DNA from: Lama glama | Lineage: Eukaryota | Assembly: GCA_028534125.1 (NCBI GenBank) | Contig: CM052817.1 | Span: 56,298,001 to 56,362,000, forward strand | DNA length: 64,000 nt | Direction: 5' to 3' | In this document: positions 28,275 through 39,785 of the stretch, in pieces | Layout of the letters: each line of letters begins with the position of its first letter | Position numbering within the stretch: position 1 is the stretch's first letter | Notes under the pieces: generated by a model | What the model was told of the DNA's origin: nothing | Seen by the model: only the letters and a program-made list of their open reading frames with translations | Databases searched by the model: none | Position numbers and translations under genes: made by a program

Positions 28275-28422
28275 GGGGAGGTTATAGCTCAGTGGTAGAG
28301 TGCATGTCTAGCATGCGTGAGGTCCTGGGTTCAGTCATCAGTACCTCCATTAAAAATAAATAAATAAACCTAATTACTTGCCCCCCCCAAAAAATACAAA
28401 CAAGCAAAAACAAAATTAAATG
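28275..28422 (+). mobile_element. tRNA-derived camelid SINE (Vic-1-like)
   Basis: A box tagctcagtgg, B box-like ggttcagtc, tail 'taaataaacctaattacttgcccccccc' plus A-rich end. Degenerate TSD aaaatcctcattta / aaacatcttcattta. Confidence 0.9.
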
Positions 28423-28894
28423 AAAAACATCTTCATTTAATATAGTAAAACCTAGCTGAGTATGTCACACCCACATTTAATAACTTACTGTATATCATTT
28501 GATTGGGTTTATATTAAATAAAGTAAGGATGTCGAACTGTGGTTATTGCAGTGATGAAGAACAAAACTTTGTTCACTTAAGTAACACAGAGAACACAAGG
28601 ATTTGTAAGTGCTCAGAAGCAATCTGGTGGAGAAAACATTGAGTTTTCAAGTAAGACCAGAATAAGTAAGGACTTGATTTCTACATGTTACTATGATTGA
28701 AAATTTATTCAACTCTCTTGGCATCACTTTTCTCATCTCTTTATTTATTCCTTCATCCAATGTTTATCATCAATCGTCTATATATCAGAAAATGTGCAGT
28801 TTCTTGTCTTTAAGAAGCCTAGTAAGGGAGACTGATATGAAAGCAAAATTAAAATAATATAAATGCCACTGTAGAGTTACTTACATACTCCTAC

Positions 28895-29520
28895 CTTTAT
28901 TCATTCATCCAAAACATATTTATTGAGCACCTATTATGTGGTACAGACATTTCTTTGTGCTGGAGATACAGTGATAAAAGAAAATAAATCTGTACTTACA
29001 TAGTTTTTGGCTTAGTGAAGGATACAGATAATAAACAAATATGTTAGAAAGAAAGAAGTTAAGCAGCTTATAACCCCTCAATCCAATATTAAACTTCCTA
29101 GAGCGAGATTTAAAGGGTAGTTATTAAGAGAGGGTATTTTTGTGAAATAAATATTGTATGTTACAGAATTGTATGTATATATGAATAAAATAAATACATG
29201 TAATTTATAATTAGTTAATATAAATATATATTTGACAGTTATATATAAATATATATATATGGAGAACAATAAAACAGAAAAAAAGCAGAAAAAGAGGAAA
29301 TGCAGTATTAGGAAAGGCCATTACAGTAAGGCAGCATTGAGCAACCAAGCAGAAATAAACAAGGGAGGAAGTCACGTTAAATCTAGGGAAAATCATATGG
29401 CATTTGGAATTGCCTATGCAAAGATCTTGAGGCAGGAGTATATCCGAGGGTACCAGAAACAACAGAGGCTAGTATGGCTACAGCAGAGTGAGAAAGAGGG
29501 GAGTGAAAGGAGATAATTAT
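28895..29520 (-). mobile_element. L2 LINE 3' fragments (resume at ~29950-30080 after the MLT1 insertion)
   Basis: 'attcattcatccaaaacatatttattgagcacctattatgtg' is the L2 3' end; L2 body continues on both sides of the LTR. Confidence 0.75.
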
Positions 29521-29529
29521 CTTATAGAG

Positions 29530-29940
29530 TGCAACCTGATGGCCCAACTCTTTACCTCTTCTTTTCTGGTCATACAGTGTAGTTTCCCTGCCTCCTTTGT
29601 AGAAGTCACCTTGTAACTGAGTTTGAACCAATAGAATGTGAGTGAAAGTTATACATATAGACCCAAATGTAGCCCCAAAATACTCCCACTCAGTAGCACC
29701 CACATATTCCTTCAGGCTTGATACAGAGGAACTTACAAACTAAGGAGAAACATGCTTGAAAATGCCAGATCACAAGCTGACAGGAGCTTGGTCATGAATC
29801 ACTGCTCGAAAGAGAAATTCTCATTCATCAGTTACCCATTTTCAAATTTGAATGAGTAAGAAGTAAATTACATTGTGTTAATTTTCACTGAAATTTGAGA
29901 TTTCCCTGCTAGAACCACTATTGCTGTCATAGCTAATAAA
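29530..29940 (+). mobile_element. MaLR MLT1-type LTR nested in L2
   Basis: 'tttccctgcctcctttgtaga...accaatagaatgtgagtgaaagt...gaatgagtaagaagtaaatt'. Confidence 0.75.
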
Positions 29941-30109
29941 GAAGAGACCACTGATTAACAGGCAGTCAGATTGTGTAGGAAATTCAGGCCACAGTAAAGA
30001 TCGAGCTTTTTAATCTGCATAAGAAGGGAGATCAACAGAGTTTTTGATGTAATCTGTCTTATGTTTTAATGAGATCTCCTAGTTTTTATCTATTAACTAT
30101 TGTTTCACA

Positions 30110-30400
30110 GTTTGGGTGAGTCCTATCCTTACCAAAATTTAAATCCTAACTTCCCAACCCTTGTTCAGGTTCTCCCAGCCCCTTTATCCTGCTTTAAAAT
30201 TCTTCTTTTTCCACCATACCTTGTCAGATTCCAACATATACTTTTGATCCATATTTGTACTATTTGTCTCTCCTGATCAGAGTGTCAGCTCCACAAAAGT
30301 AAGGATCTTTGTCTATTTTCTTCACTGATATATATCTCAATCACTTAAGTCAGTTCATTATATGTAGAATGTACTCAGTAACATTGGAGGAAAATTGGTT
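30110..30400 (+). mobile_element. L2 3' end
   Basis: 'agagtgtcagctccacaaaagtaaggatctttgtctattttcttcactgat...gtactcagtaa'. Confidence 0.7.
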
Positions 30401-30779
30401 AAATGTAAGTTATTAAAAATACACAACTTTACTGAAATAAGATATTTATTTATCAAACCAAACCGGAACCAAAGCAAACGCAAAAAAACATGCTGCCTTA
30501 AGTACGTGCTCTAATTCCATACCTTATGCAAATATATTAAAACCTTGATTAAAGTGGTAAGACAAATTGTCCTATGAAATTGCCTCCTGTCTCCACCTGA
30601 ATTACAGTTGGCCGCCTTTCTTCTGCAACATAATTTTCTGTTGGATTCTTCCTATCATTAGGTAAAATGGTCTAGAGTTTTCTATCTTAAAAACTACCTC
30701 ACTTTTCCTCATAGCCCTTCCAGGTACAGGTCCTCTAGCAGTAAGACTTTACCAAAAAGCTGTCTCCAGTCCACCTAAA

Positions 30780-31275
30780 AACTTTCCAATGTCTTCTTTG
30801 AATTAGAATAAAGCTCAAATTACTTACATGAATTATGTGGACCTGGTAGTCCCTATGGCTTGTCCAAACTCATCTCAAAGACTCCACATCCTTGACTCTT
30901 TTTGTACAGCAGCACTAATCTTCTTTCTGGTCCTCGAGAAGGCTGGCAGTGTGTCTGCTTTGAGGATCATTTGATTTGCTTTTCTCTTTTTCTGGAATGC
31001 TCAGCCCTCAGACAATAACAGAATATAATTCAGGTCTCCTCTCAAATACCACTCTCCCCTGAGTCCTGCAATACTTAACCAATCTTCAGTAGCATTCCCC
31101 CACCAAAGTCACTCTCATCACCTATTTCACTTTCCTCTTATCACTATCTGCAGCTGACTTGCCTTTTTAATAGTTTCACCACTTTGGAATACAAACACAA
31201 TAAGAGCAGGGACAGTTTTTGTTTTATTTATTGCTGCATCTGGCATACATAGTATTGGACAATAACATTTGCTCT
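30780..31275 (+). mobile_element. L2 fragment
   Basis: 'ttctggaatgctc...caggtctcctctcaaataccac...taagagcagggac'. Confidence 0.7.
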
Positions 31276-31477
31276 GATAAGAAATGATACATAATTACAA
31301 ATATTCTTCTTTGCAATTTTCAAAATTGTAGAATTGTGTAATAAGTCCTGTTTGTTATTTTGAATTGCACTAAAATTAGAGAAATGAGAAAAAATTTCTA
31401 TTTTTTTCTATGATAAGCATTAGATTAAAAATATATTCATAAACATTTACACATTTGGAAGCTCAAAAGAGAATTTG

Positions 31478-31579
31478 GGAAAACAGTGTGGAGATTCCTC
31501 AAAAGACTAGGAATAGACTTACCATATGACCCAGGAATCCCACTCCTGGGCTTGTATCCAGAAGGAAATCTACTTCAGG
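31478..31579 (+). mobile_element. Young LINE-1 ORF2 3' fragment running into the assembly gap
   Basis: Reads WRFLKRLGIDLPYDPGIPLLGLYPE without disablement up to the Ns. Confidence 0.9.
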
Positions 31580-31679
31580 NNNNNNNNNNNNNNNNNNNNN
31601 NNNNNNNNNNNNNNNNNNNNNNNNNNNNNNNNNNNNNNNNNNNNNNNNNNNNNNNNNNNNNNNNNNNNNNNNNNNNNNN
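31580..31679. other. Assembly gap (100 N)
   Basis: Run of exactly 100 N, a common placeholder for unknown size. Confidence 0.99.
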
Positions 31680-32132
31680 GCCTTGAGAATGGGGTAGACC
31701 TACTGACTGGCTTTGTTGAATAGAGTGCATGCAGCAAAGATAATGGGTCATTACTTTTGCAATTACATTACTTAAATATTGTGGCTTCTGTAATGTTAGC
31801 AGACCCTATTTTTCCCATGGATGACATGCTTTAAAAAGGCAAGCGGCCATGTTGCAGAGCCATCCGTGCCAAGGGACTGAGGTAGACCTCTGGCCAAAAA
31901 CCAGTGAGGAGCTAAATCCTCCTACATGAGCTCTAAAGCAGACTCTCTTCCAGTTGAGTTTTGAGATGACTTCAGCCTACACCACACCTATGGCAGCCTG
32001 TGAGACACCCTGAGGTGGAAGACCCCAGTGCTGAGTGCCTGATCCACAAAAACTGTGACACCGTGAGTACTTGTTGTTTTGAGGTGCTAAGGTATGGGAT
32101 AATTTTTTACACAGCAACTGATAATTGAAACA
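31680..32132 (+). mobile_element. MaLR MLT1D/E-like LTR lacking its 5' end
   Basis: 'tcttccagttgagttttgagatgacttcagcc...gcagcctgtgagacaccctgag...tttacacagcaactgataattgaaaca'. Confidence 0.85.
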
Positions 32133-33034
32133 GGCTCCTTCACATTCAGAGTCCATTTCAAAATACTCTTAGAGCTTTCACTTTTGTTTTTTGGCCCTCA
32201 CTCTGCATGAGTAATTAAAATGCTTTCCTCTAAATGTTTTTGTCTGTTCGTTTTAAATTTAAATCCATGTTTCCTTCCATTTACCCCTGGTGAAATCATA
32301 GTCACTCTATACTTAATAACACAATTATCTGATCAATCTTCAAGTTACTACCGTGAGAAGTGAATATTATTGACCATCAAACCCTATGTGTGTATCTATT
32401 CCTTAAGTTTTTGAAATTATAGAAAAAGACGTTCGTACATCAGGTTGGAGAGCAGAGAGGAATGGCACACATTTCAGTGGCACATGGATTGAGGAGAAAG
32501 CAGAGCCTGGCATACATAAATGGGAACTTAAGAGTTGGAAGAGGTTGTCAAAAATAGTTTTCCCTAATCACTTATTTTATTTTGTTTCTGTCAGACCACA
32601 CACACAGACATCTTTGAAATTGGATGCTGCAATTTGAAATGATCACATCTAGTTGCAAAGAGTTAGTGTAGTGGAATGTAGATGAAAATCAATATAGAGC
32701 CTTCAATTCCCAACACCCAGTTACTCTGGGAAAATGTCAGGTTTATTCTTTATTAGAACTCAAGCAGCTGAAGTTCATGATCTCGTCTGAAAAATTCCTG
32801 GCACACAATAGGCATTCAAAATTTGTTGGTGCTGGAGTTTGCAAGAAGTGTTGCACTTCTACTTGAGTTATACACTATGTAATATTGCTACTGTTTTCTT
32901 AATTCAATGAAATTTATGTTAAAGCATGTATCAATTTATTTGATGTCTATCTTTCTTAATAGAGACGTAATGACAAGGAACATCTGCTTCTTTAATACCA
33001 TATATCTTCTATTTTTTTTTAAAAAAAGGCAGTT

Positions 33035-33130
33035 AGGAGCTACTGTATAACACAGGAAACTGTATTCAATATCTTATAATTATCTATAACAGAAAAGAAT
33101 CTGAAAAAGAATATATATGTAAAAATAAAC
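33035..33130 (+). mobile_element. Short L1 3' UTR fragment
   Basis: Aligns to 3650-3735 ('cacaggaaactgtattcaatat...aagaatctgaaaaagaatatatat'). Confidence 0.8.
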
Positions 33131-35369
33131 AAAAGAACATGTTTGTTGGGGGAAAAAAAGCAAGCCAATTCATATACAATGTATTCAATACATATTTTTA
33201 ATTAAAGAAGATAAAAAAGTCACATTCACATTTTTAACATGTATTCTATCACATTATTTTTTAAATAATTTGAAAATAGGTCAATTTCTCTTAATCTCTT
33301 ACTTGTGTTCAATATCCTTTCCATTCAATACGCAATCTGTTGCTAGATTTCTGGTTTTATTGTTGTTTGTTCTTGTTTTTGGTATATGTGTGTATGTATG
33401 TGTTTGTGTATGTGTATCACAAATCCAGTATAATCATGAACTTCAAGTATAATTATAATAGATCAATACTTGTCTATAGAATATTGACTTAATATAACAC
33501 ACAAGTTCTTGCTAGTGCAGAGGGTGAAAAAAATTGCAGGTTTGAATCATGCAGCCTTGTGAGTGATGCCATGAGCATCATTTGCGAAATGTAAGTAACA
33601 TTGGATATTGGACATATCTTCTTAATTCTCAACATCTTTATCAAAGCAAAGATAAGCTTGAATACCTTGATACATACTGAGAGGACTGAATGAGTTAATA
33701 TTTGGGAAAAACATATTTAAATAATTTAAATATATAATCTGTCAGGGGGTAGTTGCCATCAACAAATCTTCTGTCGAACTCGCTTCCATTTATTCCTCCA
33801 GTCCCGCTACCACAGCAAAGTTACAGACACACTTTACACAGTGCTCCCTATGTCATGAAGTCTCATCTCTTTCACCTATTTGTGCCCTGATAATTTCTAA
33901 AGCTATCTTTCAGGAACACTTCAAACAACATTTCCTATAGGTCATCTTCTCTAATATTCCTATAATCCTTACTGTTGTATGCATCCCTTTACTCAATTTT
34001 TAAAATGTCACTTTATGTATCATCATCTCTCATCACTTAATAAGCAGGTAGCATTGCAAAATGATGAAAAAATGTCTTATTTTACCTTACCTTCTCTGCA
34101 TTTAGCACAGCACAAAGTAGGCTCTTAATTCATAGATGAGTAAGTAAATTAGTCATTAAGAACCTGTTTCTAGTCACTAGATTTGTGTCAGACACTTACA
34201 GTAAACAGCAAATAACCTCTTCAACTGTTCATTGGCCATAAAATTAGTTATAAACACGAAGGGTAACAAAAGAGCTACAGTGTTTTGGCATAATGGGTTA
34301 CAGATAATGCTTCAGAAGCTTAATTATATACATTATTGACTTCTTATCACATAAAAAAATATAGTTCTCTCTTCTCTGATGATAAGTTTTGTGGTCTTCT
34401 TATGGCCTTTAATTTACCTTCAATTAAACAGTCAAAAGAGCAGTTAGATTTCAGGGATTTCTTTCCTGATTAGACCAGTTGGCTCTATCCTTCCATTGGG
34501 AACATTGATACAGTTTTAGATTACTTGGAAAAACTGATAATGAATTATGCTGCTCCAGGCTGTGGTTAATTAAATTGGCTACCCTTTTGTCTTCAGCATG
34601 GACAGCTGGGGCACTGGACTACAGAGGACTAATGAATCCTACTTAAGGTAAGTCCTCAAGGGATTTGAATTCCTGCTGTCAGGAAGGAATGTGATTTAGA
34701 TCGCAAAGTTCTCCAATCTACTAAGTAGGTCAAACTCTCTATGGGAGAATATAAAGCAATTTGGGGTTTGTTAAAATCAGAAACTATACATTTAGTTCGT
34801 TATTATATCCAACAAACTTTTTTTTAATACTACATTGTGAAGAAATGCACAGGAAATCCTTTGTATTTAATAGGGAAGCCTTTGGATCAAAGAATAATTC
34901 TGTTAGAAGCCATATGTCTCAGAGCTCAAGGTCTTTCAGAAAAGCACATATGCCTAAACAGGTCATAAGCTTCATACTAAATATTTTAAAGCACTAGTCA
35001 GATAGATGATTAAAATTGCCTTACCTGGTAGCAGATTACATTGTAGTGTGCATTTTTTTAATGTTGTACATCTTATGTGTGCCTAATTTGGTGCTAAGGA
35101 TAAATAAATATGTCGTGTCTTTCTATTCATATTTTGTTTATAATTTTTCAGCATGACCTGTGTAAATCATAAGACTACAGGTAGATATTTCCATGTGTGT
35201 TCTAACTTCTGTGAGAAATGCATTGAACTTCTCTAATGTGGGTCAAACTAGAAATGAAACATTCTAATGAACAGTATTAATAATAATGAGTTCTTAATCA
35301 CTTTTGAAATGGCAGACTCTATAATAATCATTTTTCATTGATTAGTTTATTAAACATTCACAAAATTGT

Positions 35370-35530
35370 ATATGGTAGTTATTTTTATTACTACCATTTA
35401 AAAAACAACAAAACTGAGGCACAAGGGGATCAGAAATTTGCTCGTTTATGCAGTTAGTCCACAGTGAGGCAAGATTGCAAATCCACAATAACAACAGAGC
35501 CCCCCTCTTATAGAAAACGCAGCATTGCCT
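35370..35530 (-). mobile_element. MIR remnant
   Basis: 'ttattactaccattt...aaaactgaggcaca'. Confidence 0.6.
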
Positions 35531-35604
35531 CCTTTTGACAGCAAATTGGTAAGTTTCACAGAATGCTTCATTTCAGGTATAGTGGCACGCTAAATAGGAT
35601 ACAA

Positions 35605-35780
35605 TACTTTAGTATTCAGGACGTTCTGCGGACCAGCTGCATTAGCATCGTCTGGTAGATTGTTAGAACTGCAGACTCTTGGCCACAACCTGACACACTT
35701 AACCAGAATATGGTTATCAAGATTTTATCAAGATGCTCAGATCTTTTGAATGCACATTAAATATGAGAAGCACTGATCCA
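35605..35780. mobile_element. MER5A-like hAT-Charlie MITE
   Basis: 'ggaccagctgcattagcatcgtctggtagattgttagaactgcagactctt...atgcacattaaatatgagaagcactg'. Confidence 0.75.
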
Positions 35781-36587
35781 GCACAGTGTTACTCAACCTT
35801 CTACATGTTTAAAATCACCTGGGAAAATATACATAATTAAGGCTGCCTAGGGATGAAATGGAAAAGGGATAGAAAGTCTATACTCTAAATCAGGTACACT
35901 AGGTTTAAAAATTACTTATGTCACACTGGACAAGATACTTACATTTAATGTGTTTTATAAATCTCCTAACCTACACAATGAAGTTAATGACGCCAGTTTC
36001 ATAAACAGCAGTAAGAATAAAATTAAATCTAGAATGGTATGTGATTAATATCCTTGCTTAGTCCATATTTTAGCCAGTTATTGGCAAGAATGGAACGGGG
36101 ACTCAGGTCTCCCAATTTTTCCTCTACATCCCAAATACATCTTCTAATATTAGACTTTATATTTCTAATTAGAGTACTGCTAGTTAATAGAAATAGTCAA
36201 ACATAGGGTGAGAGAAATGCAGTTTGAATGTTTCTTATTGGTTAATTATCCAAAAGCTAATCACAATGGAAAGTCTCAAGCATATGCATATTATGCATTT
36301 AACTGAAAAAAATTTCTCTCTCTGGCTTTTTAAATATAGCAGTGATCAACAGTCTTTTTACCACAAATAGACAAATCTGAAAAGGACCCAATAGATGGTA
36401 TGTTTACTCTTGTTCTCCTTAATTTTTACTGTAAAATTTAACTTCATGCCTTAGGCTCCAGAGCTATTTTATAAGCAGATCCCTTCCTCTCTCTCTATTT
36501 AATCCTCCCTCCAATCCCCTATATACAATTTTCATTCCAGCTTTGAGGAAGAACTTGCAAATTCCTAATAGCAAAATCTTGTTTGAG

Positions 36588-36674
36588 GTGGGGAGGTGTA
36601 GCTCAGTGGTAGCATTCATGCTTGGAATACACAGGTTCCTGGGTTCAATCCCTAATAGCTCCATTTAAAAAAAA
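36588..36674 (+). mobile_element. Short tRNA-derived SINE (head + poly-A only)
   Basis: A/B boxes followed directly by poly-A. TSD aaaatct(t/g)gtttgag at 36573-36587 / 36675-36689. Confidence 0.88.
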
Positions 36675-37699
36675 AAAATCTGGTTTGAGATACCTGGTCT
36701 CCACACATGAATTTTTTACTGCATTTTACATTTCTTATTTTTCTTGTTGTTTTATTAACTTGCAGTGTCCTGTTTGACTATCTGGAATGAATGTAGCACT
36801 GCATTGTACTGAGATACATGGTATACTTTCTACCTTCATAAGGCTCGAGAGGGCAGATCTTTATTATTTGTCTTCCATTTCCAAGGCTTGTCCCGAAGTT
36901 TGCTTTATTGTAGACAACAAACCATCACTAAATGGACAATGTAACAGTGTCTTCCAAATTAGAATAGACATGTGAAAAAAGAGTCAAGTGAAAATACATA
37001 AGTGTCATATTGATACTGCAGATATGACTATGCAGCTTGTTTAATGAATTCCAATTGGCTAGCATTTTCAAATAGAGCAGTTAACATTGAAATTTGTAAA
37101 AAAAAAAAATGACTTTTAGGTGAATAGCAATATTCTCCACTCATAGAAAAAATGAATTATGTCAATCCAGTATGAAAACTAATCAAAACTATTTATCTTG
37201 ACATTCTCTGAAGCCAAAACTTTAGTAATAATCTCCATGAAGATCATGGAGTATAGACAACAAGAACGGAAAATGGAGGAAGAAAACCGTGCATGACACT
37301 CACAAATATGCTCTAGCCTATATGTGCTTAAAGTATATGAAATTAGACAAAGAAACTGTAACAGCCCCGACTCTCTTGATTTTGGAGGAACATTGCAATT
37401 AGGGCAGCCAACAAGGTTATGAGGCAAGAAACATTTTATGAAATTGCAGAGGAAGCTGTGAATCTTGCTGTGCCAAAATAAATAAACCACAAGATAAAAA
37501 TAATTCAGAAGTAGAACAAGCAAGAGAAATGATATCATTAAGACTAACTTTGACAATTACTTTTCCTCAGGTAAAGCAAGATGTCATTTTCAAACACATG
37601 CCAGGACATAAAGTATATAACAGAGAATGCTAGCATATAAACATGCTGTTAAAAATATAGTTATGAATATATCCATTCTATTTTCAATCATCAAAAGAG

Positions 37700-37905
37700 G
37701 TAGCAATGACCATAGGAGAACAATTTCTGGACTTTGAATCAGATGACCAAAGGCTAAATACATCTCTGAACCCACTGGTGTCGTGACCTTGAACATAGTA
37801 TTGAACATCTGAGCTTCAATCTTCCAACTTTAGTTTGTGTGCATGTGTGTGTGTTGAATGAATTAATAAATATAAAACCCCAACGCTTTGTCTAAAATAT
37901 GACGT
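37700..37905 (+). mobile_element. MIR remnant
   Basis: 'ggactttgaatcagatgacc...gtgaccttgaacatagtattgaacatctgagcttcaatcttcc'. Confidence 0.65.
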
Positions 37906-39119
37906 ACACTTAAATTATTTCTGTATTTGGCACACAAGTGTGTAACACAAACTTTTCAAATCTGTTTAGTCTTTCTTTAAGAGATAAGGAAACTTAAAAA
38001 ATATATAGCCCTTGAACAATAAAAAAATCTGCTTAAATTGATAGCAGATGACTGGAATTTTATAGAGTGAATATGCATTTAAATAGCAGCCGTTTTATTT
38101 GGCTTTTTCTTGCAAAATAGCCAGAAAAATGGTAATACTATGCTTCTGAGAAAATGAGAAAATTTGGCTTCTCCTCTTTTGAAGCTCCTATGTCTGCCCT
38201 CTTCCCTAATCTCAGATATTCCTTTTCAGGGGCAGTAATTTCCTGAGCACCAGAGAAATGCAGTAGCACCAACATTAATCTAAAATGTAGTCACCCCCTT
38301 GGGGGAGATGACATGAAAGCCAGCTCCTCTGAGGTTTTTTTCCAGTGCTTCCCAGAAGCTTTTGCTGTGTGAAGTGAATAGACTACAGGCAGATTCTGCC
38401 ATTCATGAGAATAATTCAGAACCAATTCTCAAGCACTCTCACCTTTTATCCACCCAGTATTTGTAACTAAATAACCAAATTAACCAGGGGATTAGAAGGT
38501 AGTTCATAAGTCAAACATCATCAACATTGATGATAATGAACATCAAAAAACTTTGATAAGACTAAAATATTACAGATACAGGGGGAATTATCATTATTAT
38601 GTAAATTATTAAAGAAACTACACATTCAAATACATGTATTCTAAGAATGCTGAAATCATCACAGGTGCAAATTTTTAAATTCTAAGGATTAGGTGTTTGG
38701 TCTTTTTAAAAATATAAGATGAACCTGAAAAGAATAGGTAATCATCTATTGAGGAATAATTAGACAGCCTCACTAGGGGTAGAAGGACAGACTGAATTCA
38801 CCATGAAAATATATTATGAGCTTCCTACTAAAGTGACTGCTAGGTAAGTTTTGGACATTCCTTTTCTAGTTTAAGAAAATTCTACTTAGTCAAACAGCAT
38901 CAGAGCTTGATCCTGGAATTCCTCCACTATATTCCACCAAGTGGATATTTTTGTTAATGTACTGCTTTGTAAGAAAAGAGTGTTCTTTTCCTCTGAGTAT
39001 TTGCCTGGAATACATTATACCCCTTTCCTATATTATGTATGAAAAACTGAAAGAATAATTATAATATTGCTTTTAGAGCACAGCATTAGAATAATCTTAT
39101 TAATTGTATAAACATTTAA

Positions 39120-39785
39120 TAATCACCGGCAATTAGCGAGGGATTCTTTTAGGCATTAAGAATATAAACAATCAAAGTTTTTGGACTCAGAGAACTTGGA
39201 TTGTGAAGGCATGCATGAGGGGAGAGGAAAAGATAAACAGAAAACCAAGAAAATATGCCTTATGTTAGAAGATAATAAATGCTACAGAGAGAGGTAAAAG
39301 TCAGAGATGGAAATTAGGGAGTGTCTAGTGGCAGGGTGGGATGATATTTGTAGAAGCTGCATGATGAGCAAAGACCTGTAGTAAATGAGAGAGAAGCCAC
39401 ATAGGTATCTGGGAAGGAAAATTTTAGGCAGAGGGAACAGCAAGTACAGAAACCCTAGAGCAGTAGCCTGCAGCCCTGGGGCTGGAGCAAGACTGGAAAC
39501 GCAGGAGCCAGACTGGTTAGGGACTTGCAGGCTACTGTAAAGAACACTGGCTTTTCAGTACTTTGAGATGCCATTGGAGGGTTTATCATGGAAAAATAAC
39601 ACAACTGACATACATTTTAAAGAATAGCTCTGGTTCCTGCACTGAAAATAGCCTTAGCCAGTGAGGCGGTTCCGACAATGTGCCTGGCTTATTGGATGAG
39701 TGGAAGGGATGAGACCTAGTCAGATCAGTTTGCTGACGGTTTGGTTGTGTCCTGTGCAGAACAAGGAGGAATCAAAGATGACCTA
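39120..39785 (-). mobile_element. L2 fragment
   Basis: 'ttttaggcagagggaacagcaagtacaga...gccattggagggttt...gaggaatcaaagatgac'. Confidence 0.75.

Noticed and set aside
28275..28350. tRNA genes here and at 36588 and 47822
   Set aside because: Degenerate stems, A-rich tails and TSDs mark them as SINEs or retrocopies.
34592..34612. REST/RE1 site (ttcagcatggacagc)
   Set aside because: Half-sites are ~3 nt closer than in the canonical TTCAGCACCnnGGACAG.
35025..35093. 69-nt minus-strand exon with CAG|gtaagg donor as a coding exon
   Set aside because: Stops in all three frames and no other support; a non-coding exon is not excluded.
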